A DNA stretch of 63,912 bases, filler included, from Reticulomyxa filosa (lineage: Eukaryota > Protista > Foraminifera): NCBI GenBank assembly GCA_000512085.1. It is 24 parts of 24 records of this genome, joined end to end, with 100 filler letters (N's around TTAATTAATTAA, not from the genome) between each part and the next. Parts side by side here need not be neighbours in the genome. Positions count along the whole stretch, not along the records: positions 24,915 to 26,049 come from ASPP01044453.1; positions 26,150 to 27,230 come from ASPP01016627.1; positions 27,331 to 28,586 come from ASPP01015646.1; positions 28,687 to 29,905 come from ASPP01000852.1; positions 30,006 to 31,902 come from ASPP01020318.1; positions 32,003 to 38,298 come from ASPP01011342.1; 18 more parts are not named here. One strand, 5' to 3'. The position numbers were made by a program, and so were the translations under genes. Below the pieces are notes generated by a model that was not told the origin of the DNA, did not search any database, and saw nothing but the letters and a program-made list of their open reading frames with translations. Below are positions 26,007 through 38,398 of the stretch, piece after piece; positions within the stretch are counted from its first letter, which is position 1, and each line of letters starts with the position of its first letter.

Positions 26007-27330
26007 CTTCGTTTTTTAATATTATATATGTATATATACATATATATATNNNNNNNNNNNNNNNNNNNNNNNNNNNNNNNNNNNNNNNNNNNNTTAATTA
26101 ATTAANNNNNNNNNNNNNNNNNNNNNNNNNNNNNNNNNNNNNNNNNNNNTTTTTTTTTTTTTTTTTTTTTTTTTTTTTGAGCCAATTAGCTCGGTAGCTT
26201 TTTTTTTTTAGCACTGCATGTACAAATAAATCCGTGACACAACAGAGTCATATTTCAACAACTCTTGGTACGTATTTTTCATACAGCCACACCCACTAGC
26301 TTTCTTTTACGTTTTCTAACGATTCATGGACGCTGTAGGGCTCTACTCCCTTTGCATGTAGGTATTTTTACTTTTTTATATTTGCCATATACAATTGCGC
26401 AGGTTTGAATTTTTTTATATTTTTAGTTTGAAGGGTTTTTTAGTTATTATGTCTGGTATGAAAGGTTAAACTAATGCCCACACTCTATATTTTTAGGTCA
26501 TTTCGAAGTCGAAAAAATGAACTAGCAAGATCACATTCCTATAAACAAACATTTTGTAAAATCAATTTAGAAACAAATACTTGAAGCACTCGAATAAAAG
26601 CAGGATGGTGCGTTGATGTAACTATGTTTGCCGTTTTTTATCTATTTTGTTAGCTCAAACTATAATCTTTAGCATACATAACTGAATAGTCGCGGAAAGC
26701 TGGGATGCAAACTCGTATGAATTATACATACTAATATATCTAGAATAATCAGTGTCATAGATAACTATATAAATAACAACGATTGGTTTTGAGTTAAACT
26801 TGATAATGCAAAAGATGACACTAGTAATTAAACATGAATTTTTTTTTGCATATTAATTTGATATGAAGAGTTACACTGAACATTGAGTTCGTAGTACAAT
26901 CTAACTATTACTTAACTTAAAACGTCGATTAGCCTATAACGCTTTTGTTTGAATGTTGGACGTACGTTGTCAATTTGGCCTGGGTTTGAAAATATAGCGA
27001 GTGAAAGATTAGTTTGGAAGGGGTTGTTTTTTTTTGTTATCGTTTGGACATCTCTTTCATGATCAAAAGGAAACATTCTCCAGAAGCGAATCCTTTGTGG
27101 AGGCCTTCAAAGAGACGACGTGGTATATAGCAAATATATTTGCTTATCTCAATATCTTTTCTTTAATATCATGTTGCTGTCCGTTCCACAAGACTTTCTT
27201 TAAATTGCAAGCAACGATCCAAAAAAAAAANNNNNNNNNNNNNNNNNNNNNNNNNNNNNNNNNNNNNNNNNNNNTTAATTAATTAANNNNNNNNNNNNNN
27301 NNNNNNNNNNNNNNNNNNNNNNNNNNNNNN

Positions 27331-27530
27331 CGCGGCATGGTAGCAGCTTGCCGCGCGGCCAAGGTTGGCCGCAGGGGCAGGTGGTGGGTTACCACCCCAG
27401 GTTGTGGCGCAGGTAGGCGTCGGTATCGCCGTAAAAGCGCTTCATCACGATGTAGTGCTCGGTGTCCTGATAGGCAACCGGCTGGATGCCGTCGCGTTGC
27501 AGTTGCAGCAGGCTGGCGTCGGGGCAGACG
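27331..27530 (-). pseudogene. Bacterial high-GC 3' remnant of a predicted ATPase (COG3910-like)
   Basis: CPDASLLQLQRDGIQR/VAYQDTEHYIVMKRFYGDTDAYLRH resembles the recalled C-terminus of that family; 5' part is replaced by AT-rich DNA. Confidence 0.55.
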
Positions 27531-27646
27531 TGTTCAGATCATCCCTAGCACGTGATTTGATAAAAATCAAAGTAATTCATACTAATCTATTACAAGTATA
27601 CAACTCGCATTACAATTAAAACTTATCAATGCAAAATGATTAACGA

Positions 27647-27652
27647 AAGGAG
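27647..27652 (+). promoter_or_regulatory. Shine-Dalgarno site
   Basis: AAGGAG 5 nt before ATG 27658. Confidence 0.75.
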
Positions 27653-27657
27653 TTTTT

Positions 27658-28440
27658 ATGAAAAAAAGACAAATCGTAATTGTACTTACACTAATAGTAA
27701 GTGGACATGCCAGTGCACTTGAATTAAAAAACTACAGCTTTGGTATAGAAAAATATAATGAAAACTATCTAGACTATGAAAGCGGCGAAAAATTCATGCA
27801 GGAAAATAGCATGATGACCAGTATTATTGGAGAAGCCAATCTATATTTTAATGAAGATGCTACAATATGGGTATCAGGTCGTTATGCCAAAGGCAAAAGT
27901 GACTATACTGGTGCATACACCAATGGAGTTTATGGCGACCTTAAAGTAAAAGGAATTAATAGAGAGTCTTGGGAAATACAAACTATTTTGAAACATGAAT
28001 TCAATATAGAATCATTGGGAAGTTTTACCATTGGCCCCGGGCTTGGTTTGCGTCACTTAAAAGACTCTTTAGATCAAGCATCCTCAGGTGGATACACTCG
28101 TAAAAATGATCTATCATATGCAATAATTAGTATTAGCAAAGAATTTGACAACAAAGGTATTTTTAAAATCACACCATCTGTCGCATACAAAAAAATAATA
28201 AAAGGAAAGCAACATTCTGCAATTGAGGAAGGAGTAGATAATATACAAAAAAACGGCTATGGTTTTGACATAAATTTAGCCATAGAGAAAAAGATCTATC
28301 AGCGATCACTCTATGTCACACCATTTTACCGATTTTGGAAAATAAAAAGATCAGATCCAGCAATCTTTCGTTCCAGCACGGTTTTTGAGCCAGAAAATAC
28401 GACAAAAGAGGTAGGCTTAAAAATTGGAATCCAATTTTAA
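27658..28440 (+). CDS. Bacterial outer-membrane beta-barrel protein (260 aa)
   Basis: Sec signal MKKRQIVIVLTLIVSGHASA, alternating beta-strand pattern, C-terminal EPENTTKEVGLKIGIQF beta-signal ending in Phe; SD present; no introns. Confidence 0.85.
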   Translation: MKKRQIVIVLTLIVSGHASALELKNYSFGIEKYNENYLDYESGEKFMQENSMMTSIIGEANLYFNEDATIWVSGRYAKGKSDYTGAYTNGVYGDLKVKGINRESWEIQTILKHEFNIESLGSFTIGPGLGLRHLKDSLDQASSGGYTRKNDLSYAIISISKEFDNKGIFKITPSVAYKKIIKGKQHSAIEEGVDNIQKNGYGFDINLAIEKKIYQRSLYVTPFYRFWKIKRSDPAIFRSSTVFEPENTTKEVGLKIGIQF

Positions 28441-28890
28441 ATAAATTTACCTGAAATCTATTTAAATACACATATTGCGGATTTGTTGGGCTTTGTTGCA
28501 CCAATCAGGGCTTGCGTCCGTTCTGTAGAATGACTACATGAGCAAGCTCTCCCCTCCCAGGCAAGCAGGGTGGGCAAAGCGCAGCGNNNNNNNNNNNNNN
28601 NNNNNNNNNNNNNNNNNNNNNNNNNNNNNNTTAATTAATTAANNNNNNNNNNNNNNNNNNNNNNNNNNNNNNNNNNNNNNNNNNNNCGAGTTTTTCAGGA
28701 CAAATTTTAATCTAAATTGATTAACTATAACGTTTTTCTTTAAAATTTTGTGATGTTCTATTTCTTAGAACGAAGTGCTCTTTTAACTTGAAAGACCTGA
28801 GTTTGTGCAGGTAGAGGGCAAAAAGAAGTGCAAGCTGATGATGAAGCGAGAGAGTAGTCCGACGCTTGACACGCCCCCACTGCAACCCAT

Positions 28891-29619
28891 CTAAAAAAAA
28901 GGACCAAAATAGGTCAATAAAATATGAAGTTGTTTCAAAAAAATTGTCAAAATATTTAAATCCTCCTTCCAGATGAACTTTGAAAGTTCCTTCATGTTCC
29001 CATATCTCGCCACCAAATTTTTCAGGTTCGAATGCGGTAACAATGTCTGTGATTGTTTAATCTTGAACAGGAATCCTTCAACCCCACTCTGCGTTCGTGT
29101 ACTTTCAACTTGGTGGAGCACGATCTTTTCAAATGACTGGGCTGTGTAAATATCGTTTCGTGTGCTTGTCTATTCCATTCTCCGTCTTTATTCATTCCAA
29201 ATCTTGTATACCAATACAATTCAAGAGTAGGAAATTGGAAAATAACTGTGTCATAAGCATTACACCAAGAATTCGACACATTGTAATCCTTTTCAATATC
29301 AATCCATTTGCTACTTCTCAAATTCCATGTCTCAATCTTTTGTCGTTCAATCCGTAGTGAAGACCACGTGGTTTTTATATTGAACGTGATTTGTAGATGA
29401 TCTGACTGCACATCAGTTACTAATCAATTGAAAAATATACAGACATAATGTAATATCAATGCTTAATGTCTCATTGTTTTTCATGAACGTACGGTCAAAT
29501 GACAATGTATTGATAATATGTAATCCATTGTATACAGTGAAATCAAGGATACAATTACAGTTGCGGTCAAAAGTGTTTAGATGTTGCGAATTTTCATTCG
29601 TTTTTTTACTTAAATGCAA
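28891..29619 (-). mobile_element. Non-LTR retrotransposon APE-endonuclease relic
   Basis: ILDFTVYNGLHIIN...TF...SIDITLC...SDHLQITFNI...WNLRSSKW matches the endonuclease C-terminus; frameshifted. Confidence 0.7.
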
Positions 29620-29679
29620 ATATCTCTATAATGAAAAAAGATAATTTTCTGAAAATTTATATGAGTTATATCTACATTA

Positions 29680-29905
29680 GATGTGAAAGAAAGTTGACAC
29701 GTTTACTAGTATCTGGTAAATATTCTACTGCCACTGGAATGAAAGAAATTGAAAATGATAGTCCTTTCCCTCCTATATCTGTTTCAACTTGCAAAAGAAC
29801 TCTTTATCGTGCTGGATTTCGTGGAAGATCAAAAATAAAAAAACCATATCTTAAGAAAATACATCGTCAAAAACGTTTAATATTGCTATCAATTATAAAA
29901 ATTGG
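29680..29905 (+). mobile_element. Tc1-like transposase fragment (second HTH region)
   Basis: ERKLTRLLVSGKYSTA...ISVSTCKRTLYRAGFRGRSKIKKPYLKKIHRQKRL. Confidence 0.8.
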
Positions 29906-30005
29906 NNNNNNNNNNNNNNNNNNNNNNNNNNNNNNNNNNNNNNNNNNNNTTAATTAATTAANNNNNNNNNNNNNNNNNNNNNNNNNNNNNNNNNNNNNNN
30001 NNNNN

Positions 30006-30883
30006 GTAATTACGATTGCGATCGCGATTGCGATTGCGATTGCGATTGCTATCGACGTCAAAAGGTCCAAAAAAGATGGGTCGAGGAGGAGCATCCTGAC
30101 CATAGTGCTGAACGCGTGACTGTCGATTGTTGTATATTTCACAAAGTGTGATCACTGTGTAGTACTGCCAATGGTCGTCCATATCGGTCGCGAATGCATC
30201 CCTGGCTTGAAACATGCGCAGAGGCGTCAACAGCACACGCAGCGACTCATACTCTTCCGGCGATGACGATGACGATGACGACAGAGATGCATTGAGGATA
30301 TGGTCAATCCAAAACGCATTGTCAAAACAAGGAGACACGCGCTTGGTTTGCTCGAAATGCGCCGCCGGTACGATCTTGTTGTACTCGTTCAAATGATACA
30401 ACGGCCAGAGCTTGTTCGACTTGTAACGCGTCGAGTTTACTTCGTTCCACGCGTATTCGCGAATTAACTCGTTTGGCAACACGCGCGCCCGGCCATAAAA
30501 GCTTTGCGAAAAGTCTCGCAACAGCCAACGTTCCGAGCATTGCTGGTGATAGTCAAACCCACTTATTATTGTATGAAGTGGTTTGCGTGAAAAGTGGATC
30601 ACTACACCATTTCCATCTATTCTCAACGTACATACAATTTTTTTTTTTTTTTGTACGTATACACAACATAGATCTACATGCACGTGCATGTAAATGTATA
30701 TATATATAGACTTTTTGCCGTCAATGGCAAATAACTGCGAGACTGCGCATAAGCGTGAAGTCTTTGCATATTCGGCGTGGAGAAAACCCCTTGAGTGGAC
30801 TGGAAGATGAAGTGGCTGAGAGGGCTATCTCGAAGTGAGTGAGTCCGAATAGGAGGTCTGTCAGATCGAATGAAGCGCCGACG

Positions 30884-30917
<34 letters not shown>

Positions 30918-31618
30918 GAAATGGAGTGAGTGCCACTCTGAGGAGGCTGCGACCGGGGAGAACGAGAATAAGAATTGGAGTTATGCCGAGGGGTACGTGG
31001 CGGCCGTGGAGGAGGTACAGAAGACGATGATGATGAGTGAGTCGGAGCATGACGCTGCGACAGAGGTCTCACAGGTCTCTCTTCATGGCCGTCGGGGTGA
31101 TATTGGCGAGGGGACCTCTTCATTCGTGATGCACTGAATGCCATTTCTTTAGAGATACCGCAGAATGTCAACAGGTCGTTGAACAGCTTCGTACTCAATA
31201 CCTCCCCCGTTTTGTGATGGACGATGACGTGGAGGAACGAAGGGAGCAAACATATGCATATGGGGTTCGTCATCATATCTCGCTTGTCCCAATTGTTACA
31301 CCATTTCCACATCTCGAACTTGCTCTCATTCTTCCATGCTCTGCTCAACTCATCGATTCTTTTCTTCTTCTTCTCCAACTGTCGCTCCAATGATCTCACA
31401 TTACTCGACAACACCTTTTCCTTTTGCTCACTGCTCTTGTTGCTCCTTCTCTCATTTCTACTCGTTGCCGCCACCTCTCCCGGTCCTACTGGCGACAGCA
31501 GAACTCCCACAAACGACCATTGAAATATTGCAAAAAACAAGACCAGTGATAGGCTGGCCCAAAACAAACGTTTTTTTATCATCAGCTGTTTCCTAGCTTC
31601 GTTGCATTTTTGTATCAT
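30006..31618 (-). CDS. Type II membrane sulfotransferase-like protein, 3'-truncated
   Basis: N-terminal TM and stem; VHHKTGE (5'-PSB-like); after an intron, VIHFSRKPLHTIISGFDYH (3'-PB-like); poly-Q and (NR)n inserts. Confidence 0.6.
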
Positions 31619-34600
31619 TTTTTAAAGATTGTCCCTTCGTACTCTTTGCGCTGCGTGTGCGTGTTGAAAAAAAAGTAATTTATTTTATTTTATTTTTCGA
31701 TGGATAAGTTATTGTACCTTTCAGATTTTATCTTCATTTGTTTTTTTTTTAAAAGTCATTTAATTGGGCGTTTTTGTGAGAAAACGATTTACAAAAGAAT
31801 GGAATTATCTACATTTGAAACGGAAAGAGAGGAAGAAACAACTGTTTACCCATAGTGCAACATTGAAATCAGAAAGTTGTACTCAATTCTTTTTTACGTT
31901 TANNNNNNNNNNNNNNNNNNNNNNNNNNNNNNNNNNNNNNNNNNNNTTAATTAATTAANNNNNNNNNNNNNNNNNNNNNNNNNNNNNNNNNNNNNNNNNN
32001 NNGCAAGTTTTTTTTTTTTTTTTTTTTTTTAAGTGAAAAACAAATAACAATACTTTGATCGTTAACTTAAAACTGATATGCATTGTACATTTCATACAGA
32101 AAGTGGTCGATTCGATTTCCAGCTTCTAACTGGCATTCAAATAATCAACGTGTTATTATTTATTTGACACGCCAGCAACATCGGACGTCGGAGATAAAAA
32201 CAAATTTGCATCATAAGCAAATGAAGTCCGAATGGCAGCAACCCGAAAACGCAAAAGTATTGAAAATATAATCGGAAAAACATTTGTTTGCAGCAGTCGT
32301 CATAATGACGTTATCAAATTGAATAACTCCAAAATCGTTTCTACGTTATTTCGTTTTATCACTGTCAACAAAGTAGTGGGCATTGCTACTCGTTGGGTGA
32401 CAATAATCAAATGACAAAACGATGTTTCAATTTGATATTTCATTACGCCTCAACTGACACGCTTCCAATTATTTTATCAACATTTGCTGTTATTGCTCTT
32501 GTTCGGACTGTAGTATCTCCGAACATTCTCAATTTGCTTTGGTACATTTATTATAGCATGTCCGTGTTACCTATCAAATGAAAGTAAAAATCACAACATT
32601 AATAAACAATTGTTTTACAGGAAATATTATTTTTTACACTTAAACTGTCAATGCAAATTGCAGCCGTAAAAACACTAGTCTAAGCGCATATCGGACTTTA
32701 ATTGTTTTCATTCACGTTTTCACTTACAGGAACGACTTCGTGACGTTGTTCTTCAGTGATTAGTTCACACGTTGAGAAATAAATCAGAGAAGACAATTTT
32801 TCAAGTATATGAACAAGAAAAGTAACAAAGAGAAAGAAAGTGCCGACAGTAAGTAAAAAAAAAAGGATGCTGGTTGGAAAGTTCACTTTTCTAAAACTGA
32901 GTTAATTTTTTAATATCAAAATTGAATCAAATTTTTTATTCTTGAGACACAAATTCAAAAAAATGTTGAAAATGTGTACCGGGCCACCTTAACAACCTTC
33001 ATTGATAAGTTGTTTTTTTTTGCAGTTTGAGAAATAGTTCTTGCTTTGGGTTTCACATAGTCCTTAGAAACGTTGTTAAATGTCACATTTTAACAAATGC
33101 CTTTTTATTTTTGTTTGGAATAGATTAGCTAACAAAAATAAAAACAGCAACAATAAGATTGAGCTTGTTTAGAACTATTTTCTCTTTAACAATACTTTTT
33201 GCCTTCAATGTTTCAAATATCATTTATTTCATATCAACATATTTTATTTTCACTTTGATATGTTTCTCTAATCATTGTGTTATTGTCTGTAATTGAAATA
33301 TTTTGTGTCTCCCAAAAATGACTTGGTTTCAGTTTAGCGTGGTGATACTTTCCTTTCACTCAACTTTGATAATGTTGAATGTTGTTTGTTATATTTTAGT
33401 TTTTAAATTCACTACTTAAATGCTATATGTGAATAGTTGTATCACGTCATTCAATATTTTTCAATTTGTACTAATTTTTTCTTTTTTTTTCTTTAAAAAG
33501 ACAGGAACAGATTTAACTTCATTGTTTATTATTGTTTGTTTCACATGAAAGTTGAATTGATTTTAAACTTTTTTATGTACTTCTCCAAATTATGATTTTA
33601 ATTTTATATTTCTAATATTGATAGATGTGTGATTGGAATAAAGAAAAATTTGGATAAAATTATTAATTGTTAAAAGAACTACTTTTAAGGATGAATGTAA
33701 TACACAAAAAGTGCTATTTCGAGCAGCTTCAACAAAAAAAATTGATATAAAACAAAGTGCAATTATTTAGAAAAGAGAAAAAGTTTATTTTGGCCAATTA
33801 TGGTGAATCATTAAATATGCACTATGATGTTGTGTTCATTTGATAAATAGATAAACACAAATGCATAACAATGCAATGATTTATCTTGCATCCGAATTAA
33901 TTATACTTATAATCTTTTCCAAAAAAGAATCGGAAAAAGTTGCTTTTTAGTTTTTATTCACTTGTGATCCGTCACTTCAAGTTTGGTGCAACTGTTGTCA
34001 GATTGAGAACAGCATAAATATGTGCTGCAAATTTAATTAATTGATGTTTTGACATTACGTTGACTGTATCGTTTGTTATGTTGCAACCTACAACAAAATG
34101 ATATCAAAATTATACTGTAAAATTGTTTTCTACATTTTTTTGAACAAACAACTAGAATGTCATTATTCTAGAAAACCAAAAAAATTTATTTCAAAATAAA
34201 AAATGTGATGCATGTACATATAATATATTTATTTCGTTTCCGTAGCAATAACAAGAAAAATAGTAAAAATAAAATTATGAAATCAAATATCACTTGATTG
34301 ATGCAAACAGTCTTTTCATATCATCCACAAAAAAGTGAATTTTGAAATATAAATATGTTGGTCTCGAAAAATCAGCACATGAATCACACTTTTTAAAAAT
34401 ATAATGATCATACTTTTCATTTAAAAAAGTTAGCAAAAAATTACGCGAGTGAATGTAGCTGAGTTTATAGGAAAGACGCCAAAAAACATTATACAAAGAG
34501 ATTTTTTTATTGCCATACTTGATGAGAGTTAGTCATGTCATCAGCATTAGTTCTGCACTATGGTGGTATTTGTACTTAGCGTTTTTTTGCACAATTATTG

Positions 34601-35017
34601 GTGCTAGAGTGTGACAAGGAAACATAATACTAACATAATATTAAACAAATAAATTAATAAAATGAATCAATAGAAACGCTTCTGAAAAATAAAAAACTAA
34701 GAAAAAGAGGACGAGACGCATTGACATTTTAAATAATTTTTTTCGAAACGTGACTTAAAAAAAAAGTTTTTAGATTAGACATTATCAAAAAAATCTTTAT
34801 TACCGATAAAGAGACGACAAATGTTTGTAAGAGTTCATTTTAGTGAGATGTTTCTTTTTTAGCAGTCGGTTGTACAAGACAGCAACAACATTTTAAGATT
34901 TGTTGCAATAAGACAAAAAGGATAATACAATGAAATTCAGCATTATTTGACGGAAGAGCGAGAGGGGGAAAAAAAAAAATCAAATGAAGAAAATTGGAAT
35001 AAAATCAAGAGAATAAA

Positions 35018-36109
35018 TTAATAAGGTTCAAATTTGCTAGGTTGTTGACTAGTGTTAACAGCATGACGAGCAGGCGTATATTTATCAGGCATTTTGAAAT
35101 CAGAGGCATCGTGTGAATCGTTGCCATTGTGTGAATGAATATTCCATTGACCAAGGTCATTAGTCTGATCCTCCTGCAAAAAGTCTTTGATATCTTGAGT
35201 GAGGGAAGAGAGTGTTTGAAGTGGTTTTTCGGGATCAAATCTCCAGATACATAAGCTATTGTCCTCCCCACCAGTCAAGTAGCGACAAACACGAGTATGA
35301 GGCAGTTCGAATTGCGCCGCGCAGCGAATGGACGCTACATGTCCAGCACGTCCAGCAGCGATTTCACCAAGGACAGTGATTTGTTCTTTGGAGTTGAGGA
35401 TGAATGGAACGCGTGAGATACGTAGCACAGACGAGTCATTCGTGCAAGAGAGCAAGCGCAATTCACGAGCACTTTGTTAAAAAAGCAGTTAATTAACGTC
35501 AATCCACTCAACGACTCACTGTCAAATTCTAATGACCGTTCGTCTGTCTCTGCGTTTACATCATGAATCGTCAACATATTGGAATTGGTCAAAGCATACA
35601 TAAAATGATTTTCAAACAAGCCAAAATTCCAAACTCCATTCACACAATCAAATGAATTCACAAATGACTCCTCCACCAAACCAAAGTTTTCCCCATCCCC
35701 TTCTTCCTCCCCTCTCATTTCCATATCTATCCCTATCTCTGCCTCCATATCATTTTGTTTCACTTCTTGTTCTTGTTCTCGTTCGTCCACTTTCATCTCA
35801 AAGGGCTCGTCGTCATCCAAAAATTCTTTCGCTTTTGTGTCTCGCATAATCGCAAGTTCGTCTTCCTTGTTCTCTCTTGTCTCCTTCTCCGCACTGGAAA
35901 TGGTGTGATTTTTGTCACATTTCCAAATTGGAACCACTGATATGTCGTTTTCGCAGATTGTGCCATCCTCGCCGCTGCTGAACAAATGGCCTGTCGAGTT
36001 CGCTCCACTGTAAAATAACACCTTGGTGACGCGAGACGTCCCATGTGCATTTTCCAGTGTGTGTTGTGGCTTGGTTCGATTTTTTTTATTTTTCAAATTA
36101 TTTTTTTTA

Positions 36110-36143
<34 letters not shown>

Positions 36144-36585
36144 CATTATTATTTGTTATTGTTGTTGGCTGATCTTTGGAAACATTCCTTGTATCATAAA
36201 TTTGGATATTGCCAAAATCATCTCCTCCACATACAATATTGTCGTTATAAGCACAACAGAACAACTCTCCTTGTACTTGCAAATGCATTGGAATATCTGC
36301 CTTCTCATTGGTCGCACATCTTGTGTCGAGTAAAAAGATGTTCCCTTTGCTTGCACAAATCGACAACAAGTTGCGATGTGCGTTGTTGAAGGCCAATTGA
36401 TATACCATACTCTGTCCTGTTGTAAATGATGTCACATATTTGAAACTACTCTCTTCGTACAGTCGCACTACTCCGTCTCCTGAGATCGCTATGCAATCGC
36501 CATTATTCTCAATGTTTGTCACAAACACACTCTCTTCTGTGTCTGGAGCGTGAGGATCAAATTTCAATTTTTGTACAAGTTCCAT
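35018..36585 (-). CDS. WDR89: WD repeat protein 89-like, one 1-nt frameshift at ~35475
   Basis: IYDTR, AH...VTKV.F...LFSSGEDGTI, GHVASIRC...LTGGEDNSLCIW; poly-N and acidic inserts; ATG 36585. Confidence 0.7.
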
Positions 36586-36907
36586 CACACGTTAGGAGAT
36601 TATTATTTTTTGTTGTTTCAAACTTTTTCTTTTCTCCCCCCCCCCCACTTTAGACAGTTTATCTTTGAAATACTGAATGAGAAAAAAGTTTACTCTCATA
36701 CATTTCTCTTTTTTCTTAAAAAACATTCCAGTAGTAGGGTTCAATGTTTCCTATGTTACCATTGTCTTTTGAAATTTCATAGCTAGGAAGGGGGGGGATG
36801 AGAGTCGTACATGCTATATAAAATTGATGTAAGAAAGGTGCGGACAGATTTATGATTATAAAGTGCTAGCTTGGGCAGATTTTAATTTTGAGTGATTTAA
36901 ATCAAAG

Positions 36908-37645
36908 ATGGTCAATTTTATCTTTGTAATTGACACATGCTATTTGATGAATCAAAAAGTGCCAGAGCAAGGCCTGAGTTTGTTGGAAATAGTGAAAACT
37001 GGTATCTATCATTGTGTGCAAAGACGAAAGAACGAGCAACTTCCATGTCGTTATCTACTCGTGACCAATGGGTCACCACCAGACTGTGTGAAAGTTAGGC
37101 TGCAAAAAAAGGAAAAAGGGGTTTGAGTAGCCTCGAGAAAGTAAAAATAGCCAAAGCAATAACAATAATAAAAACAATGACAATAACAAAAAAGAGTGGA
37201 TGGGAAGAGAGCCCTGACGATTTTTTAAAAAACGTGATTAATCTAAAGGCGAATGATTTGCCAAATATCGGCTCGGCACTAGTGAATGTATTTCACCTGC
37301 TGAAGTCTCATCGTGACTATCAAACAAGCTATGGGAAGGTATGCACATATATTTTTTTTAAAAAAAAAGGGAGGGGGGGGGGGTAGGGTGAGGTGGTGGA
37401 AGGAAGATCACAATTAATTTTTTTTTTAAAAAAAAAGGGGTGGCAACCATGGAAAATTCCGACGAATTGTGTAATCGTGTATTCGTACAGCAGTATGCAA
37501 ATGGAATGGAAGGAGAATGTCTACAATTGTGAGAACGAAGAGGAGATAAGAATGAAATTGAGACAATACGAAGAGATTAAAACCAACTATTCATCAATAC
37601 AATCGACCTCAACAACAAATATAGCATCACCAATATCAACATTAA

Positions 37646-37680
<35 letters not shown>

Positions 37681-38265
37681 ACAACAACAACAACAACAGC
37701 AGCAACAAGTTCAATGACCAGTCTACTTACAGATGATGTAGACTATGCCAATTTTCAAAAGAAATGTGCACTGCGCAATGAGTTGCTTCGCATGCATCGA
37801 GGGTCGAAAGTAGGCGACGAGATGGACATGGACTGGCTGACATGGAACACTCGCTTGTTTATGGCACACTTGTCGTTGGACGGGACACTAACGTCTGTGG
37901 ACTATTCTACGTACCAATCCCTGTGGAACGACTTGTGCGAGTGGAGCAATCCCTCGAACATGTCGTCCAGCGAGCTGCTCACATGCACGCTTCATTGTGT
38001 CAGCCAAGTGGAAAAGTGGACAAACAATATCCTGCGCGAAACCTGTCGAGAAGGGTTAATCATCGAGTTCCAAGACATTACCCCTCCAGGTCGCGACCAT
38101 CATCAATATAAGCCCTTCATGAACGGCGCCATTGTGCGAGAGCTCCTTGTGCCGACCAAAATAGGACAAAAATTCCCAATTCCAGAAAACTATCTGCCAC
38201 ACAAATATATCGATGTGAATAACGTCACTGAGTTCACTCCGACATTTGCGCAAGGCAATAATAAC

Positions 38266-38298
<33 letters not shown>
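36908..38298 (+). CDS. INTS6: Integrator complex subunit 6-like vWA protein, 5' part
   Basis: Introns 37094-37194 and 37339-37437 give MVNFIFVIDTCYLMNQK...RYLLVT...VKSGWEE...NLKA.DL..IGSAL..VFHLL...YGKGWQPW, collinear with the INTS6 N-terminus. Confidence 0.8.
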
Positions 38299-38398
38299 NN
38301 NNNNNNNNNNNNNNNNNNNNNNNNNNNNNNNNNNNNNNNNNNTTAATTAATTAANNNNNNNNNNNNNNNNNNNNNNNNNNNNNNNNNNNNNNNNNNNN

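Noticed and set aside
27658-28440. OMP as an integron cassette or as HGT into the host
   Set aside because: No attC-like site was found and there is no eukaryotic flank
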